DNA of 64,000 bases from Planctomycetota bacterium (GTDB taxonomy: Bacteria > Planctomycetota > GCA-002687715 > CAIWVZ01): assembly GCA_044222185.1 (NCBI GenBank), contig JBGANV010000001.1, forward strand, positions 288,001 through 352,000. The letters are read 5' to 3'. Positions 11,278 through 20,730 of the stretch are shown here, piece by piece. The position numbers and the translations under genes were made by a program. The notes beneath the pieces are model-generated. The model was not told the origin of the DNA. It did not search any database and was given only the letters and a program-made list of their open reading frames with translations. Every line of letters starts with the position of its first letter. Position 1 is the first letter of the stretch.

Positions 11278-12303
11278 TCACTGCACCGTCAATTGGGTTG
11301 CGGCCGTCAACTTCACCGTCGTCGGGCTCGAGAACACGGCTGCCTGGAACGTGGTCCAGACACCGGGCGGCAGAGCGGGGACGAAGAGGCTCGTCACCGA
11401 CTGGCCCGCGGGGCCGGTGGTGGCAAACGCGTTGAAGCCGATGGGGCTCGTGCCGTCGAGAACGATGACGACGTCGCCCAGGTTCCCGGGGCCGAGGAGC
11501 CCGATGTCGAGCGACCCGAGGTTCGGGACCACCCAGTTGTTGCGGTGAAGCGGTCCTGCGAGGAGCAAGAAGATCTGATTCGCGAGTCCGCGCACGGTGA
11601 ACGTGAGCTGCGCTCCGGTCGCCTTGGTCGCGAAGAACGGTCCCTTGACGCCGTTGCCGCTCGCCTGGCCGAGGAGGTTGAGCGCGCCGTTCACGTCCAG
11701 CCCCGCGTCGGCGGCGTTTGCCTGGCCGGTGTCAGGAACGGGCGGAGGATCGACGCGCACGTTGTCGATCTGCAGCCCGTCGGTCGGCGTCGGGTTGTCG
11801 TCACGTTGCGAGAACTTGATCTTGAAGTTCGACGTGAGCTGCATGCCGTTGGCAGATGCTGCCGCCGCGATGTCGACCGTGAACTGCTGCCAGGCCGACG
11901 AGAGCGTCTGGTGGTCCACGACCTTCACCCAGTTCGCGAGGATCCCGTCGTTGATGAAGCAGCCGTCTTCCGCGTGGGGCTCGTCAGCCGTTTCCTTCGC
12001 GTAGTAGCGAAGCGTCGCGCCGCCGGTCGCCAGCACGTTGACGGTCAACGTGAGCTCCTGCGTGCTCAAGATCGCGGAGGTCGAGCAGTCGAAGTTGCAC
12101 GCCAATCCACCTTGCGGCGATGGCGTGTTCGGCGTCGCCGTCAGGATCCGTCCCGATGTGGGCACGCTCACGGTGCGTATCCACTCGGCACCCGGCCACG
12201 TGGGTGATTCGAAGTTCTCGACGTAGGGCACGGTCGCGATCTGCGCGAAGCTCGGCAGTGCGACCGCGAGGGCAATGAGACACCAGCGCGGGTCAGGCTT
12301 CAT
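11278..12303 (-). CDS. Secreted beta-sandwich protein sharing its C-terminal domain with the adjacent S8 peptidase
   Basis: Signal peptide MKPDPRWCLIALAVALPSFAQ; ENFES..W..GLQIDNVRV jelly-roll-like region; PDTGQANAADA..NGVKGPFFAT..LTAATQL closely matches the S8 C-terminus. Confidence 0.75.
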   Translation of the reverse strand: MKPDPRWCLIALAVALPSFAQIATVPYVENFESPTWPGAEWIRTVSVPTSGRILTATPNTPSPQGGLACNFDCSTSAILSTQELTLTVNVLATGGATLRYYAKETADEPHAEDGCFINDGILANWVKVVDHQTLSSAWQQFTVDIAAAASANGMQLTSNFKIKFSQRDDNPTPTDGLQIDNVRVDPPPVPDTGQANAADAGLDVNGALNLLGQASGNGVKGPFFATKATGAQLTFTVRGLANQIFLLLAGPLHRNNWVVPNLGSLDIGLLGPGNLGDVVIVLDGTSPIGFNAFATTGPAGQSVTSLFVPALPPGVWTTFQAAVFSSPTTVKLTAATQLTVQ

Positions 12304-12497
12304 GAACTCACCCATGTGGGAAAGGGAGAGAACCGGACGGCAAATGATGGGGGCGTCTCCCGAGGGTGCAGGGACGCCTGGAGGAGGATAGTCCGAAACG
12401 GAATGTGATTGCAAGAAGGGGTTTTCTTGCCATTCGCGCGCCGCCGTCCCTCGTCGGACCGCTTGCCCGGCGCCGTCGCCAGTGGGACATTCCCGCC

Positions 12498-13445
12498 ATG
12501 ACACGGACGGAGGGACACAGCCCGACGGCGTGGCCGGTCGACTGGCTTCACGTTTGGTTCATCCTTCCTCTGCTGGCAGTTTGGGCGTGGAGCCGAGAAA
12601 CCGCCGACCACTGGTGGCTTTGGCTTTCGGCCGACTTCCTGATCCTTGCGTGGCTGGGCGCGATCCAATCCCGCTCCCACACCTGGTCGCTGCGCCGCGC
12701 GGCCTTGTGGCGACTCGTCCACGGAACCGTGGCCGTGCCGCTCGTGTTCACTCAGGTGGGGCTGTCGATCGCGGCGTGTCGTCCGGTCGATCACGCGCGG
12801 ACGCTGGAGGCGCTCGACCGCTGGATGTTCCTCGGGCACAACCCGCTCGAGGCGCTCGAGCGCGTCTCCGGGCCGTGGTTGACGGAGGTCATGCAGTGGG
12901 CCTACACCGCCTATCTTCTGCTGCCGATCACCGCCGTCCTCATCCTCGTCGTGCGGGGAACCCCGCGGCAGATCACCCGGTCCCTCTTCTCGCTTCTCGG
13001 GGTCATGTATCTCTCGTACGTCGGGTATTTCGTCGTTCCCGCGAGCGGACCCAACCTGCACAACAACCTGGGGCCACTTCAGCCGGTGCCGATCCCCACG
13101 CTGCCCCTCTACCACTTCGAGACGTCATTGCCGGGGCTGTGGTGCAGCGACGGGCTGCGCGCGTGGATGTTCGAGGCCGAGCTCACGAAGAAGGACTGCT
13201 TTCCATCCGGACACGTGGCAGTGGCGATCGTCTGCTGGTGGATTGCGCGCTCCGTCGACCGGAGGACGTCGACGTGGTTCCTGCCGGTGATGATCGGCGT
13301 CGTCCTGTCGACCGTGTACCTGCGATACCACTACGTCGCCGACGTGCTCGGGGGGATCCTGCTCGCGTGGTTCGGACTCGGACCGTGGCTCGGGGTCCAC
13401 GATTGGATCGCCGCGCGCCTTCATCTGCGCCTGGACGATCGATGA
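12498..13445 (+). CDS. PAP2-superfamily membrane protein, AUR1/inositol-phosphorylceramide-synthase-like
   Basis: Several TM segments; PASGP, DCFPSGHVA and STVYLRYHYVADVLGG motifs; lies next to ceramide genes. Confidence 0.75.
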   Translation: MTRTEGHSPTAWPVDWLHVWFILPLLAVWAWSRETADHWWLWLSADFLILAWLGAIQSRSHTWSLRRAALWRLVHGTVAVPLVFTQVGLSIAACRPVDHARTLEALDRWMFLGHNPLEALERVSGPWLTEVMQWAYTAYLLLPITAVLILVVRGTPRQITRSLFSLLGVMYLSYVGYFVVPASGPNLHNNLGPLQPVPIPTLPLYHFETSLPGLWCSDGLRAWMFEAELTKKDCFPSGHVAVAIVCWWIARSVDRRTSTWFLPVMIGVVLSTVYLRYHYVADVLGGILLAWFGLGPWLGVHDWIAARLHLRLDDR

Positions 13446-13449
13446 GGCG

Positions 13450-14586
13450 TCAGATCCGTCGTTCGTAGACGCGATAGGTGCGGTAGTGCGTGGCGCCGGC
13501 GCGGTCGAGGGCGTTGTTCATCGCCGTGTTCGTCTCCAGCACCCACGACATTTCGCCGCGCGGCATCCCTGCTGCGACACAGTTCTTCGTGATGTGGTGG
13601 TACAGCACGCTGTCGATCGCGTGACCTTGAAGAGCACGGCGCACTCCCAACGTGATCACGCGCGCCGATCCCACCTTCCTGCGCCCCAGCAGAATGCGGA
13701 CGATGCCGAACGGGAACAGCCGGCCACGCAGGTTGATGATGATCCGGTTCAGGTCGGGCAGTGCGAGCGCGAAGCCGACCTCGCGTCCATCTTTCATGAC
13801 GAAGACGCAGAGCTCGGGGACGACGATGGGGCGCAGCTCCTTCGCCATGAACTCGAATTCGGCATCGGTCATGGGGACGAAGCCCCAGTTCCGAGACCAG
13901 GCGTCCTGGTAGAGGTCCTGAATGATCCGGACGTCGTCGCGGAACCTCCGCATGTCGAGCGTGCGGACGGAGAGGCCCTCGCGCTGCATCACCTTCGTGC
14001 ACACGCGTTCCCAGCGCGCGCTGTCGGCTTCCGCGGACGTCATCCGCCACGCCCACAGGTCCATCGCCTTCGTGAACCCGGCGCGCTCGCAGAGTTCGCC
14101 GTACCACGGCGGGTTGTAGGGCATCATCAGCACGGGCGGGCCCGGCTCGCCGGAGTGGAGGAAGCCGAACTCGTCGTTGGACGAGAGTGACGCCGGTCCG
14201 CGAAGCACCGTCTGTCCGCGAGGACGGAGCCATCCTGCGGCGGCGTCGAACAGCGCACCGGCCGTCGACGGGTTGCGTTCCGCTTCGAAGAAGCCAAAGA
14301 AGCCCGTCGTCTCGCCGTGGAATTCGTTGTGCAGCCGGTTCACGGTGGCTGCGATGCGGCCGACGACCGTGCCGCTCCGTCGGGCGAGGAAGAGCGCGGC
14401 CTCGCCGTGCTCGAAATACGGGTGGCGTTTGGGATCCAGCCGGATGCGGATGTCGCGCTCGAGCGGCGGGACGAAGTTCCGGTCACCCTGATAGAGCCGG
14501 TAGGGGAGGCGGACGAACGCGTCGAGGTCAGCGCGCGAGCGGACCTCCGTGACGCTCACCCCGGTTTCAGGCGCGGTGGTTGGCAC
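13450..14586 (-). CDS. GNAT-fold acyltransferase, bacterial ceramide synthase (bCerS)-like
   Basis: FVRLPYRLY..FVPPL..HPYFEH..VVGRIAA..GFFGFFE..MMPYNPPWY..NWGFVPMT..EMSWVLETN pattern; overlaps the spt stop. Confidence 0.75.
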   Translation of the reverse strand: MPTTAPETGVSVTEVRSRADLDAFVRLPYRLYQGDRNFVPPLERDIRIRLDPKRHPYFEHGEAALFLARRSGTVVGRIAATVNRLHNEFHGETTGFFGFFEAERNPSTAGALFDAAAGWLRPRGQTVLRGPASLSSNDEFGFLHSGEPGPPVLMMPYNPPWYGELCERAGFTKAMDLWAWRMTSAEADSARWERVCTKVMQREGLSVRTLDMRRFRDDVRIIQDLYQDAWSRNWGFVPMTDAEFEFMAKELRPIVVPELCVFVMKDGREVGFALALPDLNRIIINLRGRLFPFGIVRILLGRRKVGSARVITLGVRRALQGHAIDSVLYHHITKNCVAAGMPRGEMSWVLETNTAMNNALDRAGATHYRTYRVYERRI

Positions 14587-15784
14587 TCGCGGTGACGGGC
14601 TGGGACTTCGCGGCGAGGTGCGAGAAGACCTCGATCACCTGATCGATGTCGCGATCCTCGTGCGTCGCCATGTACGACGTCCGGATGAGACCCTTGCCGG
14701 GCGGCGTCGCCGGCGGAACGACGGGGTTCGCGAAGATCCCGTGCTCGTCCAGTCGCTTCCAGAATTTGAACGTGTCCATGTCGTCACCGATCAGGACCGG
14801 GACGATGGGCGTCTCCGATCCCATGGTGTCGTATCCGAGCGCCTGAAGCGACGTGCGAACCCTCGTGCAGATCGTCCGGAGCCGATCGACGCGCCATGGC
14901 TCCTGCTCGAGGATGGTGAGCGCCGCGAGGGCCGCCGCCGTGCTGGCGGGCGTGCAGCTCGCGGAGAAGATCATGGAGCGCGCGGTGTGCTTGATGTAGT
15001 GGATGACCTCTTCGCGGCCGGCGACGAATCCACCGAGGGACGCCAGCGACTTGCTGAACGTGCCCGTGACGATGTCGACTTCGGACGGTCCGTTTTCGAG
15101 GAGGCCGAAGTGTTCGAGCGTCCCGCGGCCGGTCCGCCCGAGCGGTCCGAGCCCGTGCGCATCGTCCACGAGGACCCTAGCGCCATAGGCCTTCGCCAGT
15201 TTCACCAGGGCCGGCAGGTTCGTGATGCTGCCGTTCATGGAGAACACGCCGTCCACGATGATGAGCTTGCCTGAGCTGGCCGGGCTCTGTTCGAGCAGGC
15301 GCTCCAGGTCGTCCATGTCGTCGTGCCGGAACTTCTTGATCTCGGCGAACGAGAGGCGGCAGCCGTCGATGATCGACGCGTGGTTCTCGCGGTCGCAGTA
15401 GACGATGTCGCCCTTGCCGGCGACCGTGGAGATCACACCGAGGTTCGCCTGGTACCCCGTGGAGAAGACGACGGCGGCTTCCTTGCCAAGGAACTTCGCG
15501 AGCCGGAGTTCCAGCTCCTCGTGCAACTCGAGGGTGCCGTTCAGGAACCGTGACCCCGTGCAACTGCTTCCGAAACGGGCAGTTGCGCTCCGGGCTGCCT
15601 CGACGACGCGCGGATCGTGCGTCAAGCCGAGGTAGTTGTTCGACCCGATCATGATGACGTCCCGGCCATTGATCTTGGCGCGGGTCGCCTCGTTGGCGGA
15701 GAGCGGGCGGAAGTAGGGGAAGTTGCCAGATGCCATCAGTTCGCGCGCCCGCGTGAACCGGTGGCACTTGTCGAACAAGTCCAC
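14567..15784 (-). CDS. spt: Serine palmitoyltransferase (alpha-oxoamine synthase family, PLP-dependent)
   Basis: GTG start after AGGGGG; GSNNYLGL, GSRFLNGT, NHASIIDG, DDAHG, GTFSKS (PLP Lys); coupling to a bCerS-like gene favours Spt over BioF/Kbl. Confidence 0.8.
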   Translation of the reverse strand: MDLFDKCHRFTRARELMASGNFPYFRPLSANEATRAKINGRDVIMIGSNNYLGLTHDPRVVEAARSATARFGSSCTGSRFLNGTLELHEELELRLAKFLGKEAAVVFSTGYQANLGVISTVAGKGDIVYCDRENHASIIDGCRLSFAEIKKFRHDDMDDLERLLEQSPASSGKLIIVDGVFSMNGSITNLPALVKLAKAYGARVLVDDAHGLGPLGRTGRGTLEHFGLLENGPSEVDIVTGTFSKSLASLGGFVAGREEVIHYIKHTARSMIFSASCTPASTAAALAALTILEQEPWRVDRLRTICTRVRTSLQALGYDTMGSETPIVPVLIGDDMDTFKFWKRLDEHGIFANPVVPPATPPGKGLIRTSYMATHEDRDIDQVIEVFSHLAAKSQPVTASANHRA

Positions 15785-15955
15785 GAGTGCTGGTCCCCCT
15801 GGTTGATTCCTACGAACACTTCCGGGCACGGGACGGCCGGCGACGCCGAACGGCCCAGCGGAAGCGAGACCGATGGACCCGACGACCTGGATGAAGCCGC
15901 CAACAGATGACACCCTGACCCAAACCGGGGCTGGTTCTAACAGACGATTCACTCG

Positions 15956-16963
15956 TTGGAAGGGAGCGGCGTGTCAGCGGGACGGTCCATGCTGGTCACC
16001 GGAGCGTCGGGGTTCATTGGTGGCCGATTGCTCAAGATTGCGGCGGAGGCGGGCTGGAATGTGGTCGCCATGGTCCGGCGCCAGGGCCTCTCGGCCGAGT
16101 CGGCCGCCCTCGTGCGCGAGGTCCGCATGGCCGACCTGCGCGATGATCCGTCGCTCCGAAGTGCCGTGGCGGGAATCACCTGCGTCGTCCACCTTGCGGG
16201 GCTGACCCGAGCGAAGACCGAGGCGGAGTTCCACGACTTCAACGCCGCGGGTACACGGCGACTCGTCGATGCGATCACGTGCACGACGTCCGGGGTGGTG
16301 CCCCGCCTCATCCACGTCTCCAGCCTCTCTGCCGGCGGACCGTCGGCCGGCCGTACGCCCGTCGACGAGGGTCTGGAGCCTGCACCCGTGAGTCCCTACG
16401 GCCGGTCGAAGCTCGCCGGAGAGAACGAAGTCAAAAGGGCCGCGGCCGCCCTCCGTTGGACGATCATCCGCCCTCCCATCGTCTACGGGCCGGGTGAGCG
16501 GGACGTGCTCGACCTCTTCCGACGCTCACGGTCAGGGCTCGTGCCGGTCGTCGGATTCCAGGAGCGCTGGTACTCGATCGTCCACGTGGACGACCTCTGC
16601 CGGGCGATCCTCGCCGCCGCCGCGAGCGACCGTGCGGTCGGGCGGACCTATTACATCGCGAACCAGACGCCATTGTCCGGCGCCGAGCTCGCTGAGCGCA
16701 TCATCCGAGCGACCGGCGGCCGTGCGCGGCCGATCCGCATCCCCGACTGGGTCGCGGGACTGGTGGCTCTCGCAGGGTCGGCTGCCAAGCCGTTCCGGCG
16801 GACCTCGCCCCTCGTCACGCTGGACAAGTACCCGGAGATCGTGCGGAGCTGGGTGTGTTCGCCGGCTCGCGCGTCGGCGGAACTCGGCTTCGAGCCGCAG
16901 ATCCCCATCGACGACGGCTTGAGGACGACGGCCGATTGGTATCGCGCCGCCGGCTGGCTCTGA
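15956..16963 (+). CDS. NAD-dependent epimerase/dehydratase (extended SDR), candidate ceramide/3-ketosphingoid reductase
   Basis: TGASGFIG Rossmann motif, HLAG, YGRSK, RPPIVYGPG; divergent from spt; exact start uncertain. Confidence 0.75.
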   Translation: MEGSGVSAGRSMLVTGASGFIGGRLLKIAAEAGWNVVAMVRRQGLSAESAALVREVRMADLRDDPSLRSAVAGITCVVHLAGLTRAKTEAEFHDFNAAGTRRLVDAITCTTSGVVPRLIHVSSLSAGGPSAGRTPVDEGLEPAPVSPYGRSKLAGENEVKRAAAALRWTIIRPPIVYGPGERDVLDLFRRSRSGLVPVVGFQERWYSIVHVDDLCRAILAAAASDRAVGRTYYIANQTPLSGAELAERIIRATGGRARPIRIPDWVAGLVALAGSAAKPFRRTSPLVTLDKYPEIVRSWVCSPARASAELGFEPQIPIDDGLRTTADWYRAAGWL

Positions 16964-17106
16964 CGTGCGGCGGCGGCCGGGGTCGCACCTTGCGCGTTGG
17001 CCGCGGCCGGGCCGTCCCGGTATCCTTCGCCCTCTGCGCCGCGCCCGTGACTGCACCCCGACGCCACGGCCCGGCACCGCTGATTCGCGATGAATTCCGG
17101 AAGGCC

Positions 17107-18681
17107 ATGCCCATGAACACGACCGTACGTTGGAGTGCGCTCCTCCTCCTGGCCGCGTCCTCAGCCTTTTCCCAAGCCGGCAATGGCGGAAACGGCGACA
17201 TCGATCTGACGCCGATGGCGATCAACGCCCCGTTCACGATCACCGTGACCGGCGCGACCGGTCAGGCGTTCTTCCTCTTCATCTCCGACCAGCCGGCGTC
17301 GATCCCGATTCCGAACATCGGCACGGTCGCCATCGACATTACGTCGCCCGGCTTCCAGCTCCTGCTCCAGGGTGTGATCGGAGCCGGCGGCGTCACGGCG
17401 ATCGCGACCACGATCCCGAACGACCCTGCCCTCCTGAACCTGCTCGTCTTCATGCAAGGCGTCGTCAACGACCCGACGCATCCAAGCGGCGTCGCCCTGA
17501 CGCGTGCCTTCCGCATCGACTTCGAGAACCCCGATTCGTTCACGTCGGTCCCGAACCTCTCTGCGCCCCGCGCGCTGGGAAGCGGCGACCTGCTGAACGA
17601 CGGCCGGGTGCTCGTCGCGGGCGGCGGAAACGGGACGCTGACGGCGCCGGTCGCGTCGAACACGAGCGAGATCTATCAACCGTACACGCGAAGCTGGACG
17701 GCCGGCCCCAACATGGCGACTCAGCGCGCCTTTCACACGAGCGTCGTCCTTCCGAACGGGCGCGTGCTCGTTGCAGGCGGGACGTCGACGACGGGCGTCG
17801 TCACCAACAGCTGCGAGATCTACGACCCGGTGACGAACGCGTTCTCCGCGGTCGCACCCATGACCTCGCCGCGCGCTGGCCACGCCGCGTGCCTCCTCGA
17901 CAACGGCAAGGTGCTGGTGACAGGCGGCGTGCAGACGTTCCAGCTTCCCCCGGGGACCACGCAACTCGGGCCGATCCTCAACTCCGCGCAGGACACGGGT
18001 GAGGTCTACGATCCGGCCCTGAACACCTGGACGCTGGTCTCGAACACCATGGCCGCGAAGCGCTTCGCCCATTCGCAGACCAAGCTCCAGAACGGACAGG
18101 TGCTGATCGTCTCGGGGATCAACGGGAGCCAGACGGTCGCGGCTCAGGACCTGCCGACGTTCACGAACACCTGCAGCCTCTACAACGCGGCGACGAACAG
18201 CTTCGCCAGCGCGGCGACGATCCCCGGCCCCACGTTCTCCACGGGACGCGCGGGCCACCGCGCCACGCTGATGCCGAACGGCGAGGTCTTCGTCGGAGGC
18301 GGCGTCTACTCCTCGCTCCTCACGGTGTTCGTTCCCACGGCGATGAACGACGCGCGACGCTATTCGCCGTCGACGAACGCCTGGGCCTCGGCGGGGACGC
18401 TGCCCGCGGCCGTCGCGCTCCAGGGGCAGGCGCTCCTGAAGAACGGCAAGTGCCACGTGGCCGGCGGGGGATCGGGGACGCTCCTCGCATTCAGCGCCGT
18501 GGCGAATTGCGCGACGCGAGTCGGAGGCTCGAGCACGTTCACGAACACGAACTCCCTCCCGGCGGCCCGCGGGACGCAGCTCACCGTTCGGTTGTGGGAT
18601 GGCAGCGTCCTGATCTGTGGTGGCGCGGACGCCACCGGCACGGCGATCGACACCAACCTCCTGTACACGCCGACTCCGTGA
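17107..18681 (+). CDS. Secreted Kelch-repeat protein
   Basis: Signal peptide; repeated LxxGxVLVxGG..EIYDP..W..M..R..H Kelch units; N-terminal domain resembles the C-terminal domain of other secreted proteins in the window. Confidence 0.85.
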   Translation: MPMNTTVRWSALLLLAASSAFSQAGNGGNGDIDLTPMAINAPFTITVTGATGQAFFLFISDQPASIPIPNIGTVAIDITSPGFQLLLQGVIGAGGVTAIATTIPNDPALLNLLVFMQGVVNDPTHPSGVALTRAFRIDFENPDSFTSVPNLSAPRALGSGDLLNDGRVLVAGGGNGTLTAPVASNTSEIYQPYTRSWTAGPNMATQRAFHTSVVLPNGRVLVAGGTSTTGVVTNSCEIYDPVTNAFSAVAPMTSPRAGHAACLLDNGKVLVTGGVQTFQLPPGTTQLGPILNSAQDTGEVYDPALNTWTLVSNTMAAKRFAHSQTKLQNGQVLIVSGINGSQTVAAQDLPTFTNTCSLYNAATNSFASAATIPGPTFSTGRAGHRATLMPNGEVFVGGGVYSSLLTVFVPTAMNDARRYSPSTNAWASAGTLPAAVALQGQALLKNGKCHVAGGGSGTLLAFSAVANCATRVGGSSTFTNTNSLPAARGTQLTVRLWDGSVLICGGADATGTAIDTNLLYTPTP

Positions 18682-18721
18682 ACTCTCGACGCGCCGGATC
18701 CGCTTCGCAGCTCCAATCCCC

Positions 18722-19672
18722 GTGACGGACGGCTCGCATCCCATCTCGGTCGTCGTCGTGGCGTACGGCGACGACCCGCGCCTGCGCCGTTGCTTCGATG
18801 CACTTCGGGCGCAGCGGGGCTGTCGGCTCGACGTCGTGCTGATCGAGAATGGCGCGGTGGGAGAGCCCGTGAACCTCGGGGGAGAGTCGGCGCGAGGCGA
18901 CGGGGGTGCGATCGCGACCGTGACCCGCGTCCGACGCGAACGGAATCCGGGCTTCGCCGGAGCGTTCGGCGAGGCCCTCGAGCGGACGACGGCCGGATGG
19001 ATCGCCTCCGTGAATCCCGATTGCGTCCTCGAACCATGCGCCCTGCTTCGTGCGATCGAGACCGGCGAGTCGGCGCCGGGGATCGGCGCCGTGGCATTCC
19101 GGCTCTTTCGGCCGGGGCGGGAGCGGGTCGACTCCGCGGGGATCCGCGTCGATCCACGACTGTGGCGGGCCCGCGACCGGGGGTTCGGCGAAGTCCCGAC
19201 ATCGCAGTTCGAGCGCCCCACGGATGTCGATGCGGCCTGTCTCGGCGCGGCGCTCCTTCGTCGCCGGGCGATCGACGAGTCCCGCGACGGGGCGGGCGAG
19301 GTCCTCGATCACCGCTACTTCGCGTACCAGGAGGACGTGGACCTGGGGTGGCGCCTCCGTCGTGCCGGGTGGCGCGTCGCCTACGCACCGGCGGCGGTCG
19401 GTGAGCACGAGCGCCGCTGGCGCGAGGGCACCCGCCGGAGCATCCCCGTGTTCCTCCGCCGGTGCTCGTTGCGCAACCGTCTCACGACGATCCTGAAGAA
19501 CGCCCCATTGGCCGCGCTGATCATCCGCCTTCCGGTCCTGGTCTTGTTCGAGGCCGCGCTGTTCGGCTATCTCGTCGTTCGTGAACCCGCGGTCGTGCCG
19601 GCGTACCTGTCGTGGATCTGGCAGATTCCCGGCACGCTCCGGCGTCGCGGACTCTATAGGAAGAACGGATGA
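18722..19672 (+). CDS. Family 2 glycosyltransferase
   Basis: SVVVVAY, NPGFAGA, VNPD, YFAYQEDVDLGWRL; start uncertain. Confidence 0.8.
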   Translation: MTDGSHPISVVVVAYGDDPRLRRCFDALRAQRGCRLDVVLIENGAVGEPVNLGGESARGDGGAIATVTRVRRERNPGFAGAFGEALERTTAGWIASVNPDCVLEPCALLRAIETGESAPGIGAVAFRLFRPGRERVDSAGIRVDPRLWRARDRGFGEVPTSQFERPTDVDAACLGAALLRRRAIDESRDGAGEVLDHRYFAYQEDVDLGWRLRRAGWRVAYAPAAVGEHERRWREGTRRSIPVFLRRCSLRNRLTTILKNAPLAALIIRLPVLVLFEAALFGYLVVREPAVVPAYLSWIWQIPGTLRRRGLYRKNG

Positions 19673-20658
19673 ACCCCTCGGCCGCGGACGACAGACCGGA
19701 CCTCTCGGTCGTCGTCGCGTCTTTCAACACGCGTGACCTGCTCGCGGCCTGCCTCGGCACGTTGCAGCAGGCGACTGGGGCGTTGAGGGCCGAGGTCGTC
19801 GTCGTCGACAACTCGTCGTCGGACGGAAGCGCCGCGATGGTCGCGTCGCGCTTCCCGGACGTCCGCCTCCTCCGCAACACGACGAACGAGGGCTTCGCAA
19901 AGGCGAACAACCGGGCCATGCGCGAGTCGCGGGGCCGGTTCGTCCTCCTGCTGAACCCGGACACGTTGATCCCCTCGGACACCATCGAGCCACTCGTCCG
20001 GTTCCTCGAGGCGCATCCCAAGGTCGGCATGGCCGGCTGCAGGGTCGAGCGAGTGGACGGGCGGTTGGACGAGGCCTGCAAGAGGGGTTTTCCCACGCCC
20101 CTGGCGGCGCTGGGCCGGTTCCTCGGACTGGACCGTCTCTTTCCGAATCACCCGGTGCTCGGCGGCTACCGCAAGGTCGCGGCCGACCCGGCAGGGCGGT
20201 ACGAGGTCGACTCGCTCGTGGGCGCATTCATGCTCGTTCGCCGCGAGACCATCGACGACGTGGGCGGCCTGGACGAGAACTTCTTCATGTTCGGCGAGGA
20301 CGTCGACTGGTGCTACCGCGTGAAGCGGAAGGACTGGCAGGTCTACTACGTCGGCGACTACCGGGTCGTACACCACAAGGGCGGGTCGACGCGCAAGGTG
20401 CCACAGCGGATGAACTGGCACTTCCACCGCTCGATGTTCCTCTTCCACCGTAAACACCTCGTGGACCGCTACCCGTTCTTCGTGAACTGGCTCGTCTACG
20501 CGGGGATCACCCTGCGGTTCGCCCTGAAGTCCGCCTGGTCGGTGCTCACCCCCGTTCGGACGCCGGCGCAGCTCGACGAGAAGGACCGGGAACGCCTCCG
20601 CAAGCAGTACGGCCTGGAGGTCGGGCCGCAGGATGCCCGGTCCGAGGCTGCGTCGTGA
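19669..20658 (+). CDS. Family 2 glycosyltransferase (WbbL/rhamnosyltransferase-like)
   Basis: VVVDNSSSDGS, NEGFAKANN, LLNPD, GAFMLVRR, FFMFGEDVDWCYR. Confidence 0.88.
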   Translation: MNPSAADDRPDLSVVVASFNTRDLLAACLGTLQQATGALRAEVVVVDNSSSDGSAAMVASRFPDVRLLRNTTNEGFAKANNRAMRESRGRFVLLLNPDTLIPSDTIEPLVRFLEAHPKVGMAGCRVERVDGRLDEACKRGFPTPLAALGRFLGLDRLFPNHPVLGGYRKVAADPAGRYEVDSLVGAFMLVRRETIDDVGGLDENFFMFGEDVDWCYRVKRKDWQVYYVGDYRVVHHKGGSTRKVPQRMNWHFHRSMFLFHRKHLVDRYPFFVNWLVYAGITLRFALKSAWSVLTPVRTPAQLDEKDRERLRKQYGLEVGPQDARSEAAS

Positions 20659-20730
20659 ACTCGGCGCCCATGCGGGGTTGCGGCCGAGGCGGGCTGGCCA
20701 GACGGCCGTCCGCTCCCTATCATCTCGGCC

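Noticed and set aside
14567-15952. BioF/Kbl assignment and the longer 461 aa start
   Set aside because: No biotin or tdh genes nearby and ceramide-type neighbours favour Spt; family similarity and an RBS begin at the GTG at 15784.
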